DNA of 64,000 nucleotides from an archaeon (lineage in GTDB: Archaea > Nanobdellota > Nanobdellia > Woesearchaeales > SM23-78), in the NCBI GenBank assembly GCA_043801165.1, contig JAZDMG010000028.1:10988-74987 (forward strand). Reading direction: 5' to 3'. Made by a program: the position numbers and the translations under genes. Below, piece by piece: positions 1-7,688 of this stretch (position 1 is the stretch's first letter; every line of letters begins with the position of its first letter). A model generated the notes under the pieces. The model had not been told where the DNA came from and did not search any database. It worked only from the letters and a program-made list of their open reading frames with translations.

Positions 1-6
1 TTTCTA

Positions 7-414
7 TTGCAAAGAGATTACGAATATTTTAATTATGAAGACATCATGTCAAAATTCAACTCTGAAAAGATTGTAGGATTCTATTTCACGTGTCTAATCA
101 AGACGTGTAATATTAATGAACTATTCAAAGAATATCTAGACTATCTGAAAATAACAGAAGACTCTTATTTTGGATCAGCAGATAAAACAATTCTGAGCGA
201 ATTATCCTCTGAAGATAAATTAGACTTTGCTAGATTAGTTGAAAAAGAGTCAAAAAATGTCAAGGAAAAGGATTATGCAATGCATGACTTAATATATTTC
301 CAACTGGACTTAGCAAAAGAAGAGAAAGACCGCAAAAAATATCGCCAGCTCTGCGAAAAATTCATTAAAATAGTCGGTCCAGAACAAAAAGAAGAATTTG
401 ATTCTGCAGAATAG
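7..414 (+). CDS. Hypothetical protein, possibly 5'-truncated by the window edge
   Basis: The ORF track gives 135 aa. The frame stays open upstream to position 1. I recognised no motif. Confidence 0.3.
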   Translation: MQRDYEYFNYEDIMSKFNSEKIVGFYFTCLIKTCNINELFKEYLDYLKITEDSYFGSADKTILSELSSEDKLDFARLVEKESKNVKEKDYAMHDLIYFQLDLAKEEKDRKKYRQLCEKFIKIVGPEQKEEFDSAE

Positions 415-493
415 GACATTTAAAAAGAAAACAGCCGAATTCTAACAGCTGACACTTAACATCTACAAGTTGAACAATACGTTCAAACCGAAA

Positions 494-548
494 ACTATAT
501 AAATAAGTTAGTTCACCCAAGCTTAACGCTGTTGACTTAACGTCAACA
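494..548 (+). promoter_or_regulatory. Putative promoter of the grpE operon: TATA-like ctatataaat (495-504) and a perfect inverted repeat TGTTGAC-N5-GTCAACA (530-548)
   Basis: An A/T-rich TATA-like box lies about 70 nt upstream of the grpE ATG at 574. A palindrome with 7-bp arms sits between the TATA box and the ribosome-binding site aaaggagga. Confidence 0.35.
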
Positions 549-573
549 ACATTCGGTTTAAAGGAGGATACTC

Positions 574-1212
574 ATGACCAAGAACAAGCACGAGCCTGAG
601 AAGGCAACCAATGATTCTAACGCAGAAGATGCTGCCCTGGACTCAACAGGCAATGCTGCATCAGAGCAGATCAAAGAGCCAGTCCAAGATAAAGAGAAAT
701 CTCGCGAAGAAGTGCTGGAATGCCAGCTCGATGACCTCACAGATACGCTTCAAAGGCTCCAGGCTGAGTTCGAGAACTACAAGAAAAGGATAGCCCGGGA
801 CAGCATCATGATGGTGAAGTGCGCAAATGAAGATTTAATCAGGACATTGCTTCCAGTCATAGACAACTTTGAGCTGGCTTTGAAGAGCGCCAAGCAGAAG
901 GATGAATTCTACAAAGGCATGGAAATAATATATTCACAGATTAATGAGCTGCTAGAGAACAACGGCTTGAAACATATCCAATGCAAGGGGGTCAAGTTTG
1001 ACCCTTATTTTCACGAAGCTCTCCTGACAGAGGAGTCTGACAACGAACACAACACAGTCCTGGATGAGCTCCAGAAAGGCTACATGATTAATGAGAGAGT
1101 CATCAGGCATAGCAAGGTGAAGATATCAAAGAAGAGGCAAAGCAAGGAGCAGAGCAAAGGAAAAGACGACAATGAGAAAAATAATGATGATGAGAATGAA
1201 AAGATAGAATAA
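574..1212 (+). CDS. grpE: GrpE nucleotide exchange factor
   Basis: The GrpE-like segment LQRLQAEFENYKKRIARD is present. The gene is the first of a grpE-dnaK-dnaJ order, has a GGAGG ribosome-binding site and ends in a K/E-rich tail. Confidence 0.8.
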   Translation: MTKNKHEPEKATNDSNAEDAALDSTGNAASEQIKEPVQDKEKSREEVLECQLDDLTDTLQRLQAEFENYKKRIARDSIMMVKCANEDLIRTLLPVIDNFELALKSAKQKDEFYKGMEIIYSQINELLENNGLKHIQCKGVKFDPYFHEALLTEESDNEHNTVLDELQKGYMINERVIRHSKVKISKKRQSKEQSKGKDDNEKNNDDENEKIE

Positions 1213-1245
1213 ATAAAAAATCACAATTGAAAGGAGGAGAATAAA

Positions 1246-3174
1246 ATGGGAAAAGAAAAGATTATCGGAATCGATTTGGGAACAACATTCAGCGCAGTAG
1301 CAGTGCTAGAAGGCGGAAAGCCTGTCATAATAACAAATGCAGAGGGTGAGCGCATCACTCCGAGCGTCGTCTCAATGACAGAGGAGGGCGAGAGGCTTGT
1401 CGGAAGGCTTGCCAGGAACCAGGCCATAAGCAATCCAGAACATACAGTCTACAGCATAAAGAGGCATATGGGAGAGGATCACAAGTCCAAGATCTGGAGC
1501 AATGAGTTCACGCCTCAGGAGATCAGCGCCATGATCCTGCAGAAGCTGAAAACAGACGCAGAAGCCTATCTTGGACAGCCTGTGAAGAAAGCAGTCATCA
1601 CAGTGCCGGCCTATTTTGAGGACGCCCAGAGGCAAGCGACAAAGGACGCAGGAAAGATTGCAGGACTCGATGTCGTCAGGATAATCAATGAGCCGACAGC
1701 AGCCAGCCTTGCCTACGGCATGGACAAGGCCAACGCCCACACAGTGCTTGTCTTTGACTTTGGAGGAGGAACCTTCGATGTCTCAATACTCGATCTTGGA
1801 GATGGAGTGTTTGAGGTAAAGGCAACCAACGGAGACAACCACCTGGGAGGAGATGACATAGATACCATTCTCCTGAACTGGATGGCTGATGATTTCAAGA
1901 AGCAGACAGGGATTGACCTTAGAAAGGACAAGGTCTCACACCAGAGGCTAAAGGAAGCTGCTGAGAAGGCGAAGATCGAGCTTTCATCGAAGGTCAAGAC
2001 CACCATAAACCTGCCGTTCATTACAGCAGACAAGGAAGGCCCTAAGCACCTCAACATGGAGCTCACAAGGGCTAAGTTCGAGTCATTGATACAGGATATT
2101 CTTGAGAGGCTCAAGATTCCTACCCAGCTTGCGCTGAAGGACGCAAAGATCAATTCAAGCCAGATCGACAAGGTACTTCTTGTCGGCGGAAGCACAAGGA
2201 TCCCTTCGGTGCAGGAGCTTGTCAAGAACATCACTGGGAAGGAAGGCGATAAGAGCATCAACCCAGACGAGGCAGTCGCTCTTGGAGCAGCGATCCAGGG
2301 AGGAATCCTGGCAGGTGAGATAAAGGATCTTCTGCTGCTGGATGTCACTCCATTGAGCCTTGGCATAGAGACTCTTGGAGGAGTATTCACAAAGCTGATT
2401 GATAGGAACACAACTATTCCTACAAAGAAGAGCCAGGTGTTCAGCACCGCAGCTGACGGCCAGACAGCCGTCACCATCCGCGTGTTCCAAGGAGAGAGGA
2501 GCATGGCAGCTGACAATAAGCTGCTTGGTCAGTTCGACCTCGTAGGATTGCCGCCGGCGCCTAGAGGAATACCTCAGATAGAGGTATCATTCGACATAGA
2601 TGCCAACGGCATCGTCCATGTCGGGGCAAAGGACCTTGGCACTGGCAAGGAGCAGAGCATCAAGATAACAGCGACCACCAACCTGACAGAGTCAGAAATC
2701 GAGAAGATGCGCAAGGACGCAGAGTCTTTTGCATCAGATGACGCGAAGAAGAAAGAGGAAGTCGAGACCATCAACTCTGCTGACACCCTGATCTACACTT
2801 CTGAGAAGCTCTTCAAGGATTTCGAGGGCAAGGTCGACCAGAATGAGATGGATGCTGTAAAGAAGGAGATTGAGGAGCTGAAGAGCATGATGGCTCCTGA
2901 GAAGAAGGATGCTCCTGCCATCAAGAAGAAGCTTGAGACGATAAACCAGAACATCCAGCAGCTCAGCACAGAGCTCTACAAGCGAGCAGCAGAGGAGCAT
3001 GCCAAGGCCCAAGGCGGCCAGGCAGGCGGTTCAGGAACAGGAGGAAGCCATGGAGGAGCACACTCAGCGCATGCAGACCAGGGCGATGAAGGCCCAGGAG
3101 ATGCAGGGGACGACAATGTCGTTGACGCTGAGTTCGAAGAGGTCAAGCCAGACGAAAAGAAAGGAAATAAGTGA
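1246..3174 (+). CDS. dnaK: Chaperone DnaK (Hsp70)
   Basis: Hsp70 signatures [25 protein letters not shown] and [14 protein letters not shown] are present. The protein is 642 aa and has a GGAGG ribosome-binding site. Confidence 0.95.
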   Translation: MGKEKIIGIDLGTTFSAVAVLEGGKPVIITNAEGERITPSVVSMTEEGERLVGRLARNQAISNPEHTVYSIKRHMGEDHKSKIWSNEFTPQEISAMILQKLKTDAEAYLGQPVKKAVITVPAYFEDAQRQATKDAGKIAGLDVVRIINEPTAASLAYGMDKANAHTVLVFDFGGGTFDVSILDLGDGVFEVKATNGDNHLGGDDIDTILLNWMADDFKKQTGIDLRKDKVSHQRLKEAAEKAKIELSSKVKTTINLPFITADKEGPKHLNMELTRAKFESLIQDILERLKIPTQLALKDAKINSSQIDKVLLVGGSTRIPSVQELVKNITGKEGDKSINPDEAVALGAAIQGGILAGEIKDLLLLDVTPLSLGIETLGGVFTKLIDRNTTIPTKKSQVFSTAADGQTAVTIRVFQGERSMAADNKLLGQFDLVGLPPAPRGIPQIEVSFDIDANGIVHVGAKDLGTGKEQSIKITATTNLTESEIEKMRKDAESFASDDAKKKEEVETINSADTLIYTSEKLFKDFEGKVDQNEMDAVKKEIEELKSMMAPEKKDAPAIKKKLETINQNIQQLSTELYKRAAEEHAKAQGGQAGGSGTGGSHGGAHSAHADQGDEGPGDAGDDNVVDAEFEEVKPDEKKGNK

Positions 3175-3214
3175 GCGCGCCTTAGCGTAACATTTAAAAC
3201 TGATGGATTAATCT

Positions 3215-4303
3215 GTGGAAAGAATGGCAGAGAAGGACTATTATAAGATACTCGGTGTTGAGAAGAATGCCTCTCAGGAGGATATAAAGAAAGCCTACAA
3301 GACCTTGGCTAAGAAACATCATCCTGATCTCAACAAGGAGCCGGGCGCTTCTGATAAGTTCAAGGAGCTCAATGAGGCAGCCTCTGTGCTAGGTGATGAG
3401 GAAAAGAGAAAACAGTATGACCAGTTCGGGACAGATGCCTTCAAGTACGCAGGCGGCCGCGGAGCCGGCTACAGCCAGGACTTCTCAGGATTTGATTTCT
3501 CTGATTTCGGGTCTGACAGGTTTGATTTTGACAGCATATTCGACAGTTTCTTCGCAGGAGGCGGAAGATCAAGAGGAAGGCGCAGCAACAAGGGCCGAGA
3601 CCTAGGATATGAATTAAAGATAACTCTTGAAGAGGCTGCCAATGGTGTCAAGAGGCAGATAAAGGTCACGAAGAACGATGTCTGCGAGAGCTGTGGTGGC
3701 AAGGGCGGCCGTGAATCAACAACATGCCCCCATTGCAGGGGCTCAGGCGCCTATAGAGAGACCAGGAGGACTCCTTTTGGCCTAATCCAGACAACAGCGA
3801 CCTGCAGGAACTGCAATGGTTCAGGAGAGATATTCAAGGAGGTCTGCAAGAGTTGCGAAGGCACTGGCCGCTTGAAGGATACCAAGACCATTGAGGTTAG
3901 CATCCCTGCTGGCATCATGGATGAGGCGAGGCTCAGGGTCAGCGGAGAAGGAGAGGCAGGATACCGAGGAGGACAGCCAGGTGATCTTTATCTGGTGATT
4001 AATGTAGAGCCCCATGATACTTTCACCAGGGAGGATGATGACATAGTCCTTGAGCTGGAGATAAGCTTTACCCAGGCAGCGCTCGGAGACAAGATAAAGG
4101 TCCCTACGATAAATGGCGAAGCCTCTCTCAAGATATCCGAGGGCACACAGCCAGGCACAGTTCTCAGGATGAAAGGAGAAGGCATCAAGCACATGCATGG
4201 CTTTGGAAGGGGAGACCAACTGGTGAAGATCAACATCAAAGTCCCCCATGGCTTGAACAAGAAGCAGGCCAAGCTGCTGAATGAGTTCGATGAAAGCCTT
4301 TAA
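3215..4303 (+). CDS. dnaJ: Chaperone DnaJ (Hsp40) with J-domain and CxxCxGxG zinc-finger repeats
   Basis: The J-domain segment DYYKILGV...HHPD is present. A G/F-rich linker follows, then four CxxCxG(x)G repeats ([32 protein letters not shown]). Confidence 0.9.
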   Translation: MERMAEKDYYKILGVEKNASQEDIKKAYKTLAKKHHPDLNKEPGASDKFKELNEAASVLGDEEKRKQYDQFGTDAFKYAGGRGAGYSQDFSGFDFSDFGSDRFDFDSIFDSFFAGGGRSRGRRSNKGRDLGYELKITLEEAANGVKRQIKVTKNDVCESCGGKGGRESTTCPHCRGSGAYRETRRTPFGLIQTTATCRNCNGSGEIFKEVCKSCEGTGRLKDTKTIEVSIPAGIMDEARLRVSGEGEAGYRGGQPGDLYLVINVEPHDTFTREDDDIVLELEISFTQAALGDKIKVPTINGEASLKISEGTQPGTVLRMKGEGIKHMHGFGRGDQLVKINIKVPHGLNKKQAKLLNEFDESL

Positions 4304-4482
4304 TAGAGCATAGTTGCCAATGACTCGATGAAATGTGCTTAATTCTAATAGTTATTTCTTTTATGTTCTCACTCTAGAATAGAAATATTTATATACTACG
4401 TACTTGTTATTTCTTCAAGAATCGCAATCAAAGTTCAACATGGACTGATGCGGATTAATCTAAAAATTGGGAAGGTGGAAAA

Positions 4483-5649
4483 ATGAGAGCAAATTATGTG
4501 TTGGTTCTGATTATGTTGAGCATGCTGGCTATCGCTGGCTGCAAAGTCGCTTCACCAAATGTGAATGAGACCAATGGAACAGTGGTTCCTGGTGAAAACG
4601 TAACATCACCAAACAGCACAGAAGAGACCAAGGAAGTTCCTGTGGAGGCCAGCTCATCCATAACAATCGAGGCTGTCGAGGGAGACCTTGTGCAGCTCAA
4701 GCCAGTGGCTGTTGACCCTGACAATGATGTCATAACATACAGATTCACAAAGCCTTTCAATGATAATGGCAAATGGCAGACTAAAGAAGGAGATGCAGGC
4801 AAGTACCTTGTGTCCGTGACTGCCAGCGATGGAAAAGCAAACACCACTCAAGATGTGCTTGTCATAATCCACAAGGCCAACAAGGCGCCAGTGATAGAAT
4901 GCCCGCCTGAGCTCACTGCCAAGGAAGGCGATCTCATAGAGATCAAATGCAACATCTACGACCCTGAGGGCGAGAGTGTTGTTGTAGAATACTCAGGATT
5001 CATGAAATCCTCGACCTACCTGACCAACTTCAACGACGCAGGAGAATACACTGTTGTCGTGAAAGCGAAAGACAGCAACGGAAAGGCAGCAGAGAAGACA
5101 ATAAAAGTTAAGATCGCTGATGTGAACAGGGCTCCAGAGATAAAGAACATTCCTGAGACAATAAACGCCATGGAAGGAGAAGTCATAACTCTGACACCTG
5201 AGGCGGTCGATCCTGACGGCAACAAGGTGACAGTGACCTTCTCAGAGCCATTCGACAGCAAGGGAACCTGGAAGACAAAGGTCGGAGACGCAGGAACCAT
5301 CAAGGCAAGCGTCATAGCGAGCGATGGCAAGGCAACCATCAAGAAAGACTTCAATGTGGCCATATCGATGAAGAACACAGCCCCTGTGATCAAGAATATA
5401 AATGATATCACAGTCTATGAGGGCGACACCATAAAGCTGCCAATCGAAGTGACTGACAGGGAAGGCGACAAGGTCAAGGTGACAGTCAGCGGATGGATGA
5501 ACTCAGCAGAGTACACAACCACCTATGACGACGCAGGAGAATACACGGTGACTGTGGCTGCCGCAGACGGCGCCTATGAGGCAAAACAGACCTTCAAGGT
5601 CACAGTGCTTGACAAGAACAGGCCGCCAGTCTTCAAGATTCCGGCCTAA
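4483..5649 (+). CDS. Secreted lipoprotein with four tandem cadherin-like (Ig-fold) repeats of about 85 aa
   Basis: The N-terminal signal and lipobox read MLSMLAIAGC. Four repeats have the pattern EG(D/E)xv.L.p.AvDPDgd.vt..fs.pf...G.W.TK.GDAG.Y...V.ASDG....T..v.V, each ending near NkAPVI. Confidence 0.5.
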   Translation: MRANYVLVLIMLSMLAIAGCKVASPNVNETNGTVVPGENVTSPNSTEETKEVPVEASSSITIEAVEGDLVQLKPVAVDPDNDVITYRFTKPFNDNGKWQTKEGDAGKYLVSVTASDGKANTTQDVLVIIHKANKAPVIECPPELTAKEGDLIEIKCNIYDPEGESVVVEYSGFMKSSTYLTNFNDAGEYTVVVKAKDSNGKAAEKTIKVKIADVNRAPEIKNIPETINAMEGEVITLTPEAVDPDGNKVTVTFSEPFDSKGTWKTKVGDAGTIKASVIASDGKATIKKDFNVAISMKNTAPVIKNINDITVYEGDTIKLPIEVTDREGDKVKVTVSGWMNSAEYTTTYDDAGEYTVTVAAADGAYEAKQTFKVTVLDKNRPPVFKIPA

Positions 5650-5663
5650 AAGTATTTAATTAA

Positions 5664-5686
5664 ATTTTTTATTTTTCTTTTTCATA
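5664..5686 (+). terminator. Oligo-T tract downstream of the lipoprotein gene (archaeal-type terminator)
   Basis: The sequence aaattttttatttttcttttt follows immediately after the stop codon. Confidence 0.3.
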
Positions 5687-5713
5687 TAATCATGGAGTAG
5701 AGAGCAAAGGACC

Positions 5714-5998
5714 ATGGCAATACCAAAACCACAGATACCTGAAGACATGAAAGTATTTGATCTGAAAGATGCTGATCTCTGCGTCACCACATGGTACCTT
5801 CGGACCGAACTCATGAATCCCGATAGGAACAAAGGGATCCACAACCTTGAAATGCTCGTCCAGATATTCAAACAAACAGGATGCACTGACTGCGATGGCT
5901 ATAAGCCAGGCTGCTCTGCTAGACATGAACTGAAGTTTACAGAAGCCTATCAGGCATACATGGCTGCCCAGAAGCCGGCGGCGAATAAGAAATCTTAG
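5714..5998 (+). CDS. Small hypothetical protein with a CTDCDGYKPGC cysteine cluster
   Basis: A 94-aa ORF on the strand of its neighbours. I recognised no family. Confidence 0.3.
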   Translation: MAIPKPQIPEDMKVFDLKDADLCVTTWYLRTELMNPDRNKGIHNLEMLVQIFKQTGCTDCDGYKPGCSARHELKFTEAYQAYMAAQKPAANKKS

Positions 5999-6039
5999 GA
6001 TCATATCTCCCGCCCAAAGAGAAACCTTTTTTAACCAGC

Positions 6040-6056
6040 CTTCTTTCTTTTAGATT
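6040..6056 (+). promoter_or_regulatory. Candidate TATA-like element (cttttagattattg) about 25-35 nt upstream of the tRNA-like locus
   Basis: An A/T-rich box sits at the expected archaeal distance upstream of position 6080. No comparable box precedes the intact tRNA-Ser at 6203. Confidence 0.25.
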
Positions 6057-6079
6057 ATTGCGACGCCGTTTTCATTAGT

Positions 6080-6202
6080 GCCGTGGTCGCATATCAGAAA
6101 AACGAAGTTTTTCTGGGATGCAACCACTTACAACAGCGAACTGTCTGAAGTTCGCTGGAGTGAGAAATTCGAGAAACGAATTTCCCACAAAAACAAGTTT
6201 TT
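6080..6202 (+). other. tRNA-like 5' fragment region. The first 14 nt (GCCGTGGTCGCATA) are identical to the 5' end of the downstream tRNA-Ser. It holds several hairpins: CAGAAAAAC-GAA-GTTTTTCTG, CAGCGAAC-loop-GTTCGCTG, AATTCG-AGAAA-CGAATT and CAAAAAC-AA-GTTTTTG
   Basis: The acceptor 5' strand plus 8/9 (TC) plus the D-stem 5' strand (GCA) match the tRNA-Ser exactly through 6093, and the D-stem 3' strand TGC recurs at 6119-6121. Beyond that I could not fold a canonical anticodon arm. Confidence 0.35.
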
Positions 6203-6285
6203 GCCGTGGTCGCATAATCTGGTAGTGCGCCAGTCTCGAAAACTGGTTCCTTACGGAATTCTCGGTTCAAATCCGAGCCACGGCG
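6203..6285 (+). tRNA. tRNA-Ser (anticodon CGA), class II with long variable arm, no intron
   Basis: The acceptor stem is GCCGTGG/CCACGGC. The D-stem is GCA/TGC. The anticodon arm is CCAGT-CTCGAAA-ACTGG. The variable arm is TTCC-TTAC-GGAA. The T-arm is CTCGG-TTCAAAT-CCGAG. The discriminator is G. Confidence 0.8.
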
Positions 6286-6352
6286 TCGAACGAAGTGAGA
6301 CGACGCGGCTGGGCCAAAAACAAAGTGTTTTTGAGTCCGAGCCACGGCGTTT
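6286..6352 (+). other. tRNA-like 3' fragment. It ends with GAGTCCGAGCCACGGCG, identical to the T-stem 3' strand plus acceptor 3' strand plus discriminator of tRNA-Ser, followed by a TTTTTTT terminator. It also contains an AAAAAC-AAAGTG-TTTTT hairpin
   Basis: Fourteen or more nt match the tRNA-Ser 3' end. No 5' T-stem strand (CTCGG) precedes it. An oligo-T7 tract at 6346-6352 is the only terminator in the locus. Confidence 0.35.
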
Positions 6353-6364
6353 TTTTAATTCTCA

Positions 6365-7654
6365 TCAGAAGAAATCATTCAGACCGCTCTGGTTTGGCTT
6401 GGCTGGTTTGTTGACCTTCGCCTTATCTTCGCTCTCGCCATCTCCTGATTCAACCGCAGCCTCTTTGCCGTCAACGACAAGCACTCCGTATTCTCCATCA
6501 TAGCCTGGCTTGACTGTCAATCCAGCGCGCCTGTTCCTCATGATCAGGTCGACAATCTTCCTGCCGGTCACTTTCAGGAGCTCATCCTCACTCACATTAA
6601 GAAGTATATCAAACTCATCCTTGCCTGCCTTCATCACGTTGTAATACTCAGCCCAGACTTTCTTTGAACTCATGGCGCTGCCAAGCTCAAAAGACAGCAG
6701 CTCATGAAGCGGTATTATCCTGATGAATTCAGGAACATCAACAGGCTTGGCCCTGTCAGCCAACTGCTCCACCCTGTTAAGCACTCCTATGGTTAGAGGC
6801 CTCTTGCAGGCAGGGCAGATGCCTTTATTATTTGCTGATTCTTCAGGGCTCATCGACACACCACAAAGCCTATGGCCATCGAAATGGTACTTCCCATAGC
6901 TTGGATCGACCTCTATTGTCCCGGCAAGCCCTGCGCCCGTCCTGATGGCCTTCAGCAGGTTCATGTATGTCAATTCTGCCATCTCAAAAATTGTTGCTTC
7001 GCGTCCTATGCGCCAGGGCCAGAATGAGTGCAGGTCAGAGAAGCTCACAATTTTAATTCCGTCAAGCCCTGAAAGCATCCTGTTCATCTCAGGATCGCTG
7101 CTAAGGCCTGTCTCGATGGCGTGGATGTTCTTTGCTTCTGGCCCGAATGCCTCTTCAAGGCTGTCAAATCCTGTCTTGCTCCCGAATACACCGAACCACG
7201 GCGTCCAAGCATGTGCCGGGATTAATTCAATCTGGTCGCTTATCATCCTAATCTCACGTGCAAAATCAATGCATGATATGCTGAACATCGGCCTGCCGTC
7301 GTAATCAACCCTTCCCTTGCTCTTGAGGTAAGAGGTTATTTTCTCTACTATCGCGAAGTTCGGAGCGAGAACAACAAGATGGACCCGTCTTCCCTTCCCT
7401 CCCTGGGTGTATATCAGCGATATCTCGTTCTGAAGCACGAAAGGAAATCCGGCTTTGGTCCTGAGGATTCCTGTGCCGTCCTCAGCAAGCTCTGTTTTTA
7501 GTTCCTCTATCCATTTCGGATGGGAGAAATCCCCTGTGCCTAGAAGATTTACGCCTTTTATGCGCGCCCATTTCTCAAGGTTGGCTATCGTCAGTTCTGA
7601 AGAACAAGCCCTTGAATGCCTTGAATGGATGTGCAAATCTGCGATTATTTTCAT
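6365..7654 (-). CDS. EndoQ-like PHP-domain endonuclease (archaeal TIGR00375 family) with internal Cys4 zinc-binding motif
   Basis: The N-terminus reads MKIIADLHIHSRHSRA...GVNLLGTGDFSHPKWIEEL, the PHP pattern of EndoQ. A CGVS...CPACKR zinc finger is present. The 429 aa length matches the known EndoQ size. Confidence 0.65.
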   Translation of the reverse strand: MKIIADLHIHSRHSRACSSELTIANLEKWARIKGVNLLGTGDFSHPKWIEELKTELAEDGTGILRTKAGFPFVLQNEISLIYTQGGKGRRVHLVVLAPNFAIVEKITSYLKSKGRVDYDGRPMFSISCIDFAREIRMISDQIELIPAHAWTPWFGVFGSKTGFDSLEEAFGPEAKNIHAIETGLSSDPEMNRMLSGLDGIKIVSFSDLHSFWPWRIGREATIFEMAELTYMNLLKAIRTGAGLAGTIEVDPSYGKYHFDGHRLCGVSMSPEESANNKGICPACKRPLTIGVLNRVEQLADRAKPVDVPEFIRIIPLHELLSFELGSAMSSKKVWAEYYNVMKAGKDEFDILLNVSEDELLKVTGRKIVDLIMRNRRAGLTVKPGYDGEYGVLVVDGKEAAVESGDGESEDKAKVNKPAKPNQSGLNDFF

Positions 7655-7688
7655 TGGGCAAAGAACATCAAAGAAGTATTTAAAACTT

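Noticed and set aside
1372-3012. Several 70-270-aa ORFs antisense to dnaK (for example 1713-2516)
   Set aside because: They lie entirely inside the strongly supported dnaK CDS on the opposite strand, are low-complexity (S/P/A-rich) and have no motifs. They are shadow ORFs.
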